Assembly: GCA_041613315.1 (NCBI GenBank)
Contig: JBFJHJ010000033.1
Coordinates: 1 to 33,374, forward strand
Length of the DNA stretch: 33,374 nucleotides
Direction: 5' to 3'
Source: Gemmatimonadales bacterium
GTDB lineage: Bacteria > Gemmatimonadota > Gemmatimonadetes > Gemmatimonadales > GWC2-71-9
The notes below the pieces were generated by a model. That model was not told where the DNA came from and did not search any database. It was given only the letters and a program-made list of their open reading frames with translations. Made by a program: the position numbers and the translations under genes. Shown here piece by piece: positions 16,828-26,047 of the stretch (within the stretch, counting starts at the first letter, position 1; each line of letters begins with the position of its first letter).

Positions 16828-18171
16828 CTACTTTCCGACGCAGAACGTCTCGAAGACTCGCTCCAGCACGTCGTCGGTCGTCACGAGTCCGATCACATCC
16901 TCCAGCGCCGTGACGGCGGCACGGAGATGCGTCGCGGCGACGGCGCCCTCCATCCCCGCGCGGCGCGCCGTGGCGAAGGCCTGGATCTCCCCCAGTGCCC
17001 GCTCGAGCCCAAACCGATGTCGCTCCCGTGTCAGCGCCGGCGCCACGTCCCCCTGCCCTGCCAGCGTCGAGAACGCGACTTCCGCCAATCGGCGCCGCAA
17101 CGCCATGAGCCCGCTCCCGGTGAGGGCGGACACCGGCACCTCGTCGTTCGCCGTGCCGCTCGTCGTGGCCACGTCGGCCTTGGTCCGCACCAAGACGACG
17201 GGCGCGTCGACCGCGTCGAGGAACCGCCGCTCCTCGACGGTGACGTCCCGCCCCGCCTCCGCGCAAAACAGCACCAGGTCCGCGCCGGCGAGATAGCGCC
17301 GGCTCACTTCGACACCGAGCTGCTCCACTCGGTCCGCGCTCTCGCGCAACCCCGCCGTGTCCACTAGACGAAACGGAAATCCCTCGCACGTCGCCGGTGC
17401 CTCGATCGCGTCCCGCGTCGTGCCGGCGATCTCCGTGACGATCGCCCGCTCCCGCCCCAGCAGCGCGTTGAACAGCGACGACTTGCCCGCGTTGGGCCGG
17501 CCCGCGATGACCGCCAGCGCGCCCTCGCGCAGCCGCACTCCGTCCGCCGCCGTCCGCAGCAAGCCGGCCACCGCGTCGCGCGCCCCGGTGATCGCGGCCT
17601 CGACCCGCGCGGGCGGTACCGGACCCTCGTCTTCCTCGGGGAAATCGATCTCGTAACACACGAGCGCTTCGAGCTCGAGGATCTGGTCCCGGAGCGCGGC
17701 GATGCGGCTCGACAGCCCATGATCCAGTTGGTCCAGCGCCGCCCGGCGTTGCGCCGGCGCCGTCGCCGCCACGAGGTCGCCGACCGCCTCGGCCTGCAGG
17801 AGATCGAGCTTGCCGTTGAGGAGTGCGCGGCGTGTGAACTCACCGGGCGCCGCAAGCCGCGCCCCGGCCACCACCACGGCAGCGAGGACCTCCGCCGGCA
17901 CGAGCAGCCCTCCGTGCGTCGAGATTTCCACCATGTCTTCGCCGGTGTAGGAGCGCGGCGCGCGGTACACGACGTAGAGCACCTCGTCGAGTGCGGCGCC
18001 ACCGTCCGGATGCCGGCAGCGGGTCACGCGGGCCACCCGGGGCGGGTCCGAGGTAAACCCCGCGAGCACGCGTGCGGCGACGCCGTGAGCGCCGCTACCC
18101 GAGATCCGCAGCAGTGCGACCGCCGATCGGCCCGGCGGTGTCGCGAGGGCGGTGATCACGTCACCGAGCAT
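16828..18171 (-). CDS. mnmE: tRNA modification GTPase MnmE
   Basis: SYTGEDMVEI, GEFTRRALLNGKLDL, GRPNAGKSS, GTTRD, DTAGLR, C-terminal FCVGK. Confidence 0.98.
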   Translation of the reverse strand: MLGDVITALATPPGRSAVALLRISGSGAHGVAARVLAGFTSDPPRVARVTRCRHPDGGAALDEVLYVVYRAPRSYTGEDMVEISTHGGLLVPAEVLAAVVVAGARLAAPGEFTRRALLNGKLDLLQAEAVGDLVAATAPAQRRAALDQLDHGLSSRIAALRDQILELEALVCYEIDFPEEDEGPVPPARVEAAITGARDAVAGLLRTAADGVRLREGALAVIAGRPNAGKSSLFNALLGRERAIVTEIAGTTRDAIEAPATCEGFPFRLVDTAGLRESADRVEQLGVEVSRRYLAGADLVLFCAEAGRDVTVEERRFLDAVDAPVVLVRTKADVATTSGTANDEVPVSALTGSGLMALRRRLAEVAFSTLAGQGDVAPALTRERHRFGLERALGEIQAFATARRAGMEGAVAATHLRAAVTALEDVIGLVTTDDVLERVFETFCVGK

Positions 18172-18228
18172 GGATGAAAACTAGGAGGCGGGCAGCGGTG
18201 CAGACAGCCGGCGCGTGAACCCGTACGG

Positions 18229-19887
18229 TCAATCCGACGGCGGCGCGGCTTTCCCCCGCCGATCGCGCTCGCGCGCGATCAGCCACTGCTGCGGAATGCT
18301 CGCGATGTTGCTCACGGCGTAGTACAGGTTGAGCCCGGACGACAGGCGCAGGAAGATGAACGTGAGGAATGGAGGCATCATGTACATCATCATCTTCGCC
18401 TGCGGGTTCGCCGCCATGCCCGCCTGCCCGATGCGCATCACGGCGAACATCGACAGCCCCATCACGATGGGGATGATGTAGATGGGGTCGTGACGCGACA
18501 GGTCCGGCAGCCACAGAAACGGGACGCCGCGAAACTCGATCGTCTCACGGAAGACGAAGAACAGCGCAAAGAGCACGGGCATCGGCAGCAGCATCGGGAG
18601 ACACCCGCCCAGCGGATTCACCTTGTGCTCCTTGTACAGCTTCATCATCTCCTGTTGGAGCCGCTGCGGTTCCTGCTTGTACCGCTCCTGGATCGCCTTG
18701 AGCTGCGGCTGGATCGCCTGCATCGCCATGCTGGACCGCATCGCTTTCTGGTTGAGCGGCCACAGCACGACACGCACGGCGAGCCCGAACAGGATCAGCA
18801 CCCAGCCGTATCCCAAACTCAACGTCTCGTGCATCCATAGCAGGACGCGGACGATCAAGTTGGCGAACGGGCGGATGATGGGCCGGAAGATCCAGCCGTA
18901 CGGGTTCACGTCCTCGAAATCGTGGCCGATCCGCGCGAGCCGGCGGAACTCCTGGGGCCCGACGTACACCGAATGCTCGAACTGCCCGGCGGGAGCGGGG
19001 AGCGACACGACGACGTCGGCAGCCGTCGCGTCCTTTCCCTCCCCGGGAGCGCCCACCACGACGGCACCGCCGAAGCGCGGGACGTCTTGGTCCGTCGTCA
19101 GCACCGCCGCGAGAAAATACTTGGACTTCCACGCGACCCACTCGAACGGGCCGCCCAGCTCGCGTCGCTCGAGGGGATCGAGCGAGCGGATGGCGAGGTT
19201 CTGGGTCTTCGCCGCCTTCGTGATGATGCCACGCGCCCTCGCGTCCTCCTCGCTGTCCGCCTCCACCTCTGCCAGTTGGGGGCCGAGCGAGACGAGTACC
19301 AGCCCGCTCGGTCCCACCCCTCCGAGCTCGCCCTCCACCCGAAAGTGGTATTCGTCCGGCCGGAAGCGGTAGCGGAGCCGGATCTCGAGTCGGCCCCGGC
19401 GCCCGACCATCTCGAGGGTCGCTCCGTCCGCCGGAACCGTGACCGATGAATCGGAAGGCTCGAATCGCCAGTCGGCGAACGAGACCGTATCGCTCCCCAC
19501 CACCACCGCGTACGTGAAGAAGCGGGAGTCCGATGGGATGAGTTGGAGGACGCCGGCGCTGTCAGTCGCGAACGTGCGGTACTCGAGCAGCGACGCCCGG
19601 GCGAGACGCGCGCCCGTGGTCGAGAAGCCGTACTCGTAGAGCGGGGACGATACCGTCACCACGGCCTCCGGGGCCGCCTCCCGCGGGGCCGCCGCAGGTG
19701 CCGGCGGCGGCGGCGCCGCCGCCGGCACCGGGCTGGGCGCGATCGCCGAATCCGCGGTCGGGACGGCGGCCGTGACCGTGTCGGCCCCGGCCGGCGGCCC
19801 CGGCGTCGGCGTCGGCGGGAACAGAATCGATGGGAGGAGCGCCACGATCAGCATCAAGCCGATCGCGAGGACGGTGCGTCTGTCCAT
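18229..19887 (-). CDS. yidC: Membrane protein insertase YidC
   Basis: N-terminal TM, periplasmic domain with KSKYFLAA and YVGP, NPLGGCLP, FLWLPDLS, GLNLYY. Confidence 0.97.
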   Translation of the reverse strand: MDRRTVLAIGLMLIVALLPSILFPPTPTPGPPAGADTVTAAVPTADSAIAPSPVPAAAPPPPAPAAAPREAAPEAVVTVSSPLYEYGFSTTGARLARASLLEYRTFATDSAGVLQLIPSDSRFFTYAVVVGSDTVSFADWRFEPSDSSVTVPADGATLEMVGRRGRLEIRLRYRFRPDEYHFRVEGELGGVGPSGLVLVSLGPQLAEVEADSEEDARARGIITKAAKTQNLAIRSLDPLERRELGGPFEWVAWKSKYFLAAVLTTDQDVPRFGGAVVVGAPGEGKDATAADVVVSLPAPAGQFEHSVYVGPQEFRRLARIGHDFEDVNPYGWIFRPIIRPFANLIVRVLLWMHETLSLGYGWVLILFGLAVRVVLWPLNQKAMRSSMAMQAIQPQLKAIQERYKQEPQRLQQEMMKLYKEHKVNPLGGCLPMLLPMPVLFALFFVFRETIEFRGVPFLWLPDLSRHDPIYIIPIVMGLSMFAVMRIGQAGMAANPQAKMMMYMMPPFLTFIFLRLSSGLNLYYAVSNIASIPQQWLIARERDRRGKAAPPSD

Positions 19888-19897
19888 TAGCGGGGCG

Positions 19898-20137
19898 TCA
19901 CGGGACCGGGTCGAAGCCGCCGCGGCGGAAGGGATGACAGCGCAGAATCCGGCGGAGACCCAGCCAGCTGCCGCGGAGCGCCCCGTGGCGCCGGACGGCC
20001 TCGAGGGCGTACGACGAGCACGTCGGCGAGTAGCGACACGGTGAAGGGAACGGCGATGCCACCACCTGGTAGACGCGGATGAGTCCCACCACGAAGAGGC
20101 GCGGCCACTGGGTCAGTCGGACAGCGAACGCGCCCAT
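19898..20137 (-). CDS. yidD: Membrane protein insertion efficiency factor YidD (exact start uncertain)
   Basis: YQ...[39 protein letters not shown]. Confidence 0.93.
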   Translation of the reverse strand: MGAFAVRLTQWPRLFVVGLIRVYQVVASPFPSPCRYSPTCSSYALEAVRRHGALRGSWLGLRRILRCHPFRRGGFDPVP

Positions 20138-20457
20138 TGCTCGAGATCGGTCGTCAATGTCTGAAACGTGGATCGGTACGCCGGTAAGCGTGACCGGATG
20201 ACGACGTCGACGCTGCGCAGGCCCGGCAGGACGCGGCGGCGGGCGATGTCACGCAGGCGCCGCCGGAGGCGGTTACGGGCGACGATCGTATTCCCGTAGC
20301 GGGGGACCATCAGCCCGAGACGCGGGTGGCCGAGCGTGTTGACACGCCAGCGCACGTCGAGGCGCTGCGTGCGGCGGGCGGCACCGGTGCGGAGCACCGC
20401 CGTCAAGTCCGCCGAACGCGTGAGTCGCCAGCTCCGAGGGATCCCCTCGGATTTCAA
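20113..20457 (-). CDS. rnpA: Ribonuclease P protein component
   Basis: TTG start overlaps the rpmH stop; RL....[16 protein letters not shown] (RNR motif), DVVI; position between rpmH and yidD. Confidence 0.9.
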   Translation of the reverse strand: MKSEGIPRSWRLTRSADLTAVLRTGAARRTQRLDVRWRVNTLGHPRLGLMVPRYGNTIVARNRLRRRLRDIARRRVLPGLRSVDVVIRSRLPAYRSTFQTLTTDLEQWARSLSD

Positions 20458-20615
20458 CGCCCTCCGTGCTTGGAGGGCAGGCGAACAGCCAGCCGCTTCC
20501 GGCCCTTTTTGCGGCGCCGGTTGAGGATGGCACGGCCCCACCGCGTGCGCATCCGCGCCCGAAACCCGTGCTTGCCGATGCGGCGCCGATTCCGCGGCCG
20601 ATATGTCGGTTTCAT
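20454..20615 (-). CDS. rpmH: 50S ribosomal protein L34 (53 aa; not in the ORF track)
   Basis: Manual translation [53 protein letters not shown]. Confidence 0.97.
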   Translation of the reverse strand: MKPTYRPRNRRRIGKHGFRARMRTRWGRAILNRRRKKGRKRLAVRLPSKHGGR

Positions 20616-20642
20616 CCCTAGTTTCCCGGTTTTGCGGCCCGA

Positions 20643-20703
20643 AAGCTAGCCGTGCAAGGCGTATGGGGTCAAGGTTGACTTTTCCACATAGCGGTAATAA
20701 GAT
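20643..20703. promoter_or_regulatory. Back-to-back rpmH and dnaA sigma70 promoters with a DnaA box
   Basis: Minus strand TTGACC-N18-TAGCTT (20672-20643); plus strand TTGACT-N17-TAAGAT (20675-20703); TTTTCCACA at 20680-20688. Confidence 0.7.
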
Positions 20704-20743
20704 CGGGCCGCCCTTCGGGACCTGCCTGTCGTCACCAGCGTCA

Positions 20744-22129
20744 ATGGAACTAACCGCGCAACAGACCTGGACCCGTCTCCTCGAGGCTGCCCGCGAGGAA
20801 CTGCCCGACCCGACGGTCCGCACCTGGCTCGAGCCCGTGGAGCCGATCGCCCTGCAGGAAGGGCGGCTGATCCTCGGCGCACCGGACCAGTTCGCGGTCG
20901 AGTGGAACGCGTCGAAACACGCACCGCTCCTCGCACGGCTGGCCGACCGGACCGTGGGCTCGCGCCTCGACATCGTATTCCAGGTGCAGGCCGACCGAGC
21001 GGCGCGCCCGCAGATGGACTTCTTTGTCGCGCCACCGGCCTCCGCCGAGCACGTTGAGCGGCCGGGGCGCGCCACCCGGCCGCTCAACGAACGCTACGCC
21101 TTCAAGACCTTCGTCATCGGTAAGTCCAACGAACTCGCGGCAGCCGCCGCCCACGCCGTCGCGGAGGCCCCCGGCAAGACGTACAACCCCTTGTTCATTT
21201 ACGGCGCCACGGGACTCGGTAAGACCCACCTCATGCAAGCCGTCGCCCACGCCGTGCTGGACCGCGCGCCCGCCAGCCACGTGGTGTACATGGGCGCCGA
21301 GCAGTTCATCAACGAGGTCATCGAGAGCATCCACGGCCGGACCATGGTCGAGTTCCGCCGCCAGTACCGCTCGGAGGTGGACATCTTCCTGGTGGACGAC
21401 GTGCACTTCCTCGAAGGGAAGGAGATGACCCAGGAGGAGTTCTTTCACACCTTCAACGCCCTCCACGAGGCCGGGAAGCAGATCGTGCTCACGTCGGACC
21501 GGCCGCCCAAGGAGATCCCCGGGTTGGAGTCCCGCCTCGTGAGCCGATTCGAGTGGGGCATGGTGGCGGACGTGGGGCAGCCGGACCTCGAGCACCGCAT
21601 CGCGATCCTGCGGAAAAAAGCCGAGCAGGATCATCTCGAGCTCACGATTCCAGACGACGTGCTGCGCTTCATCGCCGAGCACGTGCGCAGCTCGGTCCGT
21701 GAGCTCGAGGGCTGCATCATCAAGTTGCTCCTCTTCGCGTCCCTCAAGCACCGCGAGGTGACGATCGACCTCGCACGCGAGGCCCTGGCGGATAAGATCC
21801 GGCATCCCGCCGGCGGGCCGGCGGACCAGCCGGCGAGTGTCCCCAGTGTCGATCGGGTCCAAGAAGTCGTCGCCCGGCGTTGGGGAGTCACGCCGGAGGG
21901 CCTCCGGTCGAAAGCACGGACCAAGACGCTCACCGTCCCGCGGCAGGTCGCGATGTTCCTCGCCCGGGAGATCATTGGTCTCCAACTCGTGGAGATCGGG
22001 CAGGCGTTCGGGGGCCGGGACCACTCTACGGTCATTCACAGCCTCGGCAAAGTCCAGCGCGAGATGGCCGGCGACCGGAAGTTTCGCGACCGCGTGGAGC
22101 TCGCGCGCCGGGAACTCGCTGTCGTCTAG
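20744..22129 (+). CDS. dnaA: Chromosomal replication initiator DnaA
   Basis: YNPLFIYGATGLGKTHL, QEEFFHTFNAL, RLVSRFEWG, VRELEG, FGGRDHSTV; start taken at MELTAQQTW. Confidence 0.99.
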   Translation: MELTAQQTWTRLLEAAREELPDPTVRTWLEPVEPIALQEGRLILGAPDQFAVEWNASKHAPLLARLADRTVGSRLDIVFQVQADRAARPQMDFFVAPPASAEHVERPGRATRPLNERYAFKTFVIGKSNELAAAAAHAVAEAPGKTYNPLFIYGATGLGKTHLMQAVAHAVLDRAPASHVVYMGAEQFINEVIESIHGRTMVEFRRQYRSEVDIFLVDDVHFLEGKEMTQEEFFHTFNALHEAGKQIVLTSDRPPKEIPGLESRLVSRFEWGMVADVGQPDLEHRIAILRKKAEQDHLELTIPDDVLRFIAEHVRSSVRELEGCIIKLLLFASLKHREVTIDLAREALADKIRHPAGGPADQPASVPSVDRVQEVVARRWGVTPEGLRSKARTKTLTVPRQVAMFLAREIIGLQLVEIGQAFGGRDHSTVIHSLGKVQREMAGDRKFRDRVELARRELAVV

Positions 22130-22139
22130 TCGGGCGGCG

Positions 22140-22360
22140 GCGCCGATCCACCGGTGTGGATGGAACCGTGTGGGCGGGTGTGGGTCGTGGGGATAGCGGC
22201 GCTGGCCTCCACCCCGGCTCCACAGTCATCTACGTCAACCCACATCGCCGAAATGCCGAAGGGGCGTACACGGATTACACTTACACGATCCATCCAGATA
22301 TCCATACGCCCTACTAGCACTACTATATAGTTACTGGTAATCTTCGTAGCTTTCTTTTCC
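22140..22360. other. Probable replication origin oriC
   Basis: dnaA-dnaN intergenic region with many degenerate DnaA boxes (TGTGGATGG 22155, TGGGGATAG 22188, GGCTCCACA 22216, CAACCCACA 22236, ATATCCATA 22298), then CGCCC, TAC TAG CAC TAC TAT trios and an AT-rich tract. Confidence 0.85.
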
Positions 22361-22382
22361 ACTGAGCGGTTCTAGGAGCGGC

Positions 22383-23492
22383 ATGAAGTTCACGATCACC
22401 CGGGAGCGCTTGCAGGAAGGCCTGGTGGCCGTGGCGGCGAGCGTGCCGAGCAAGACAACGCTGCCGGTGCTCGCCAACATCCTCCTCGAGGCGACGTCCG
22501 ATGGCGTGCGCCTCTCCGGAACCGACCTCGACATCGCCGTGAGCACGGTCGTGCCCGCCGAGGTGGATGACGATGGTGCCGTGACGATCCCGGCCCGGAA
22601 ACTCGTCGAGATCGTGCGCGAGCTACCCAGCGCCGCGATCCGGGTGACCGGCACAGGGGAGCAGCGTGTCCAGATCGAGTGCGGACGGTCGCGCTTCAAG
22701 CTGCTCGGGATTCCCAAAGAGGAGTTCCCCAGTTTCCCGCCGGTGAGCTTCGAGGATGCGTGGAAGGTCGCGGCCAGCGATCTCATGAAGCTGATCAATC
22801 ACGTGAGCTTCGCGGCCTCGACGGAAGAGAGCCGGCCGATCCTGAACGGTGTGCTCTGGGAGCTGCGCAAGGACCGGATGCGGATGGTGGCCACGAACGG
22901 CCACCGGCTCGCGAAGATGGATGTCGGGGTGTCGGGCGGCACCCAATCGGCCGACCTCATCGTGCCGCCCAAGGCGCTCGAGCAGGTGCGACGCCTTTTC
23001 GGCCCCGCGGATGAGTTGGAGATCGGGCGGAGCGACAACCATCTTGGCTTCCGCAGCGGTTCGACGCTCGTGTTCACTCGGCTGATCGAGGGTCCCTACC
23101 CGAACTACGAGCAGGTCATTCCCCGGGACAACGATCGTGCGTGCACCGCGGAAAAGCTGGGCATGGCGTCAGCGCTGCGGCGGGTTGGCGTTGTGGCGAG
23201 CGATCAGACGCACCGCGTGCGGCTCCGCTTCGAGGGTGGCGTGCTGAAGCTCAGCGTGAGCACCCCGGACCTCGGCGAGGCCCAGGACGAGATGGCCGTG
23301 ACATACGACGGCGACACACTGGACATCGGCTTCAACGCCAACTATCTGCTGGAAATCCTGAAATACATGCCCACCGACGAGGTCCGGCTCACCATGAAGG
23401 CGCCCGAGCGCGCTGCGACCGTGGAGCCGGTCGGGTGGGACGATCCGGCGGCGTATCTTTGCCTCGTGATGCCCCTGCGGCTCGTCGACTGA
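22383..23492 (+). CDS. dnaN: DNA polymerase III beta sliding clamp
   Basis: MKFTI, LPVLANILL, GTDLD, SRPILNGV, VATNGHRLA, RLIEGPYPNYEQVIP, IGFNANY, LVMPLR; SD AGGAG. Confidence 0.99.
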   Translation: MKFTITRERLQEGLVAVAASVPSKTTLPVLANILLEATSDGVRLSGTDLDIAVSTVVPAEVDDDGAVTIPARKLVEIVRELPSAAIRVTGTGEQRVQIECGRSRFKLLGIPKEEFPSFPPVSFEDAWKVAASDLMKLINHVSFAASTEESRPILNGVLWELRKDRMRMVATNGHRLAKMDVGVSGGTQSADLIVPPKALEQVRRLFGPADELEIGRSDNHLGFRSGSTLVFTRLIEGPYPNYEQVIPRDNDRACTAEKLGMASALRRVGVVASDQTHRVRLRFEGGVLKLSVSTPDLGEAQDEMAVTYDGDTLDIGFNANYLLEILKYMPTDEVRLTMKAPERAATVEPVGWDDPAAYLCLVMPLRLVD

Positions 23493-23502
23493 GGCTGGCG
23501 GC

Positions 23503-24342
23503 TCACGGCCGCACGCCGGGCACCCGCCGGCTCGCGATCCCCGTCAAACTGAAGTCTTCGAGGCGCGTCGCGCCGGCCGTGCGGTCGGCGGACGTCAGAA
23601 AGACCGCCCGGTCCGCCCGCCCGACGGCGATCCCGATACTGAAGCGTTCGAGCGCGAAGCCGCTGCGCAACGCGAGCGCCGCCATCACCCCGACGGGAAA
23701 CTCGCCCGGCGTGGAGAGGTAGGCGCCGGCGCGGTACGCAATGTCCCATCCGGAGTCCGCGAGATCTTCGAGCGCGTGCGCTTCGCCCGACAGTTCCAGG
23801 ACGCGACGGAGCGCCACCCACCCGAGCCCGGCTGTCACGTGCAGCGGTAACTTGACGCCGCGCACCACCGGCCGTCCGACTTGTCGGAGCACGAAGCCCG
23901 CGTCGAGGGTGCGCGTCAACTCATAGCGCAGCCCGAAGTCCAGCCCCGCTTCCGTGCTGTCACTCCGATAGAGCGTATACGACGTGCCGATGGCGCCGCG
24001 CCGCAACCGCAGGCCCACCCCGAAGCGAAACGCGTCGGACGATGGCTCGCCGGGGAACCGGTCCCGCTGGTAGGCGAACGCGATTCCCCGGGAGTTGAAA
24101 CCGGCTCCCCATTGCCCCAGGTGGGCGCCGCCCACCAGAGGGCGGTGCACGACAAACTCGGCCATCACCGACGCCTCGGGGACAATCCCGAGTCCGGCGG
24201 GATTCACCCAAGCGGCCCTGGCGTCTTCGACCGTGGCGACAAAGAGATAGTCCGTCGAGCGGGCGGGTCGCCCCTGGGCCGTAGCCGTGCCGGCGCCGAG
24301 GAGGACGACCGCCGCGAGCGGGACGACGAGGCGCGCCGTCAA
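23503..24342 (-). CDS. Exported hypothetical protein, probable outer-membrane beta-barrel
   Basis: Signal peptide ATA|Q; NPAGL motif; alternating amphipathic strands (FRFGVGLRL, LDFGLRYEL, AYRAGAYL); TTG start next to the upstream stop. Confidence 0.65.
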   Translation of the reverse strand: MTARLVVPLAAVVLLGAGTATAQGRPARSTDYLFVATVEDARAAWVNPAGLGIVPEASVMAEFVVHRPLVGGAHLGQWGAGFNSRGIAFAYQRDRFPGEPSSDAFRFGVGLRLRRGAIGTSYTLYRSDSTEAGLDFGLRYELTRTLDAGFVLRQVGRPVVRGVKLPLHVTAGLGWVALRRVLELSGEAHALEDLADSGWDIAYRAGAYLSTPGEFPVGVMAALALRSGFALERFSIGIAVGRADRAVFLTSADRTAGATRLEDFSLTGIASRRVPGVRP

Positions 24343-24343
24343 C

Positions 24344-25246
24344 TCAGCGCACGACGCTCAGGGTGTCGTTCCGCGTCTGCACGATGGGGATCTCGATCCC
24401 CATCTCTGCCACGACGGCGCGAGCGGTGGAGCTGTCGGCCGCGGTCAGGCCCAGGTAACGGCCGTCTGCGCCGATGTACGCTTGTCCGCGCCGCACCCCG
24501 GCGCCGTCGATCGAAAAACGCTGCACCCCCTGCGCGCCGCTGCCGGACATGGTGTAGGTCGATACGGACTCGATGCGCAGCGCCGGCTCCCCGGCGCGCT
24601 CCGTCCACCCCGCGGCTTCGTGCCGGTTGACCGAGCGGATCGTGATCTGGAGCCCCGCCGACGACGAGGCGGACTCGGTCGTGTCGGTCCAGGTCACGCC
24701 GGGCCGCAGCCCGTCCGCAGGGATTCGGGGCAAGAACTCACGCAAACGGCTCGCGATCTGCTGAACGAGGGTAACGGCGGTGTCGCTGCCGGTGAAGCCG
24801 AGGATCTCGCCGGTCGGTGAAAGGGTGCCGGTGAAGGTGGCGCCCCGGGCGCGCGCCGCTTCGGACATGGAAAAACCGAGCGCCGTGCCCCGAAGCACCG
24901 GCACGGAGTCGAGCCGCATCGTGAGTCGACGGGCGACGCCGTCCGCCTCCAGGCGCGCGGTCACGAAGTATTGCATCGTGAAGTCACTGGACGTGACCTG
25001 TCCGCTGAACTCCTGCTCGACCCGACCGTGAGTCACCACGCGGTAGGCGGCGGCGAACGGCTGGTACCGCAGCGCGGCCACGGCCCCGTTGCCGCCCTCG
25101 CGCGTCGCCACCGGCTGGGTGGTCGTCGGAGCCGCGGTGCTCGCGCTCCGACAGGCGGCGAATGCGGCGCTCAACCCGGTGGCCAACACGACGGCGCCGG
25201 CGAGCCGGCGTGCGCCTCCCGCAGACCGGAATGCAACCACGGTCAT
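24344..25246 (-). CDS. Hypothetical lipoprotein, beta-rich
   Basis: ATG 25246 overlaps the upstream stop; lipobox AFAAC followed by an S/T/A linker; GVTWTDT motif. Confidence 0.7.
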   Translation of the reverse strand: MTVVAFRSAGGARRLAGAVVLATGLSAAFAACRSASTAAPTTTQPVATREGGNGAVAALRYQPFAAAYRVVTHGRVEQEFSGQVTSSDFTMQYFVTARLEADGVARRLTMRLDSVPVLRGTALGFSMSEAARARGATFTGTLSPTGEILGFTGSDTAVTLVQQIASRLREFLPRIPADGLRPGVTWTDTTESASSSAGLQITIRSVNRHEAAGWTERAGEPALRIESVSTYTMSGSGAQGVQRFSIDGAGVRRGQAYIGADGRYLGLTAADSSTARAVVAEMGIEIPIVQTRNDTLSVVR

Positions 25247-25482
25247 GAAGATCTCTCTTCCCTTCCGAGCAACGCCTCCCGGGTGCGCCCGAAGACGGCG
25301 TGCAATTCGTTGTCCTTGGAATCGACCCGCAGCAGCCTCCAGCCCCTGCGCTGCATGTCGGCCCGCCAACTGATCAATCGCTGCCACCGCTCGACCGTCG
25401 TCCGAAACACCCGCAACTCGGCCACCCGTTCCCAGGTCTCCGGATAGGGGCGTTCGCGGGACTCCGCTGGCTCCTCTGGCAT
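25243..25482 (-). CDS. Small hypothetical protein (79 aa)
   Basis: ATG about 60 nt after the rnpB 3' end; stop overlaps the lipoprotein start (ATGA); globular-looking sequence RRGWRLLRV...AVFGR. Confidence 0.55.
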   Translation of the reverse strand: MPEEPAESRERPYPETWERVAELRVFRTTVERWQRLISWRADMQRRGWRLLRVDSKDNELHAVFGRTREALLGREERSS

Positions 25483-25542
25483 CTCCGGACATCCGTACGC
25501 GGCGGCCGCCGGCGCCGGATCGCGGCGCGGTGGATGGGTCGG

Positions 25543-25906
25543 GGTGGTGGAGCCGTAAGCCGAGTTCTGTTCGGCGCTCGCGCGCCGGGCGGTCATCTCT
25601 CTGGGATGGCGGTCACCCGCCACCTCGTGCGGCCTACCCGCGGCTCAGGCGGCCCGGGCCGGGCCTCGCCGCTTATTTGGCCTTGCTCCGACTGGGGGTT
25701 GCCGTGCCGTGCCTGTTTCCAGTCACGCGGTGGGCTCTTACCCCACCATTTCACCCTTACCTGCCCCCGAGGGGACGGGCGGTGTCTTTTCTGTGGCCCT
25801 GTCCGTCGCCTTTCGGCGCCCAGGCGTTACCTGGCAGTCTGCCCTTTGGAGCTCGGACTTTCCTCGACCCGGCGGACCGGGCCGCGACCGTCCCCGCCCC
25901 ACCACC
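25543..25906 (-). ncRNA. rnpB: RNase P RNA (bacterial type A)
   Basis: Minus strand has GAGGAAAGUCCGAGCUC, AGGGCCACAGAAA, GGUAAGAGCCCAC and ACAGAACUCGGCUUAC; P1 ends GGUGGUGGGGC/GCUCCACCACC pair. Confidence 0.97.
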
Positions 25907-25919
25907 ACGCCCTGGAAGA

Positions 25920-25949
25920 AAGATATGGCAGGCAGCGGGCGTTCGCCAA
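25920..25949 (-). promoter_or_regulatory. Putative rnpB promoter
   Basis: TTGGCG-N18-TATCTT just upstream of the P1 5' strand. Confidence 0.45.
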
Positions 25950-26047
25950 AACGCCTCTGGTGGTTTGCAGGACCGCGCTGACGCGTTGATCGGCGGTTGA
26001 GCCGGGCGCCCGAACGTCGACCCAACACACGCGGCGGGGAGGCAAAC

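Noticed and set aside
19690..19820. GC-rich short repeats in yidC
   Set aside because: They encode an ordinary Pro/Ala linker and are not a repeat element
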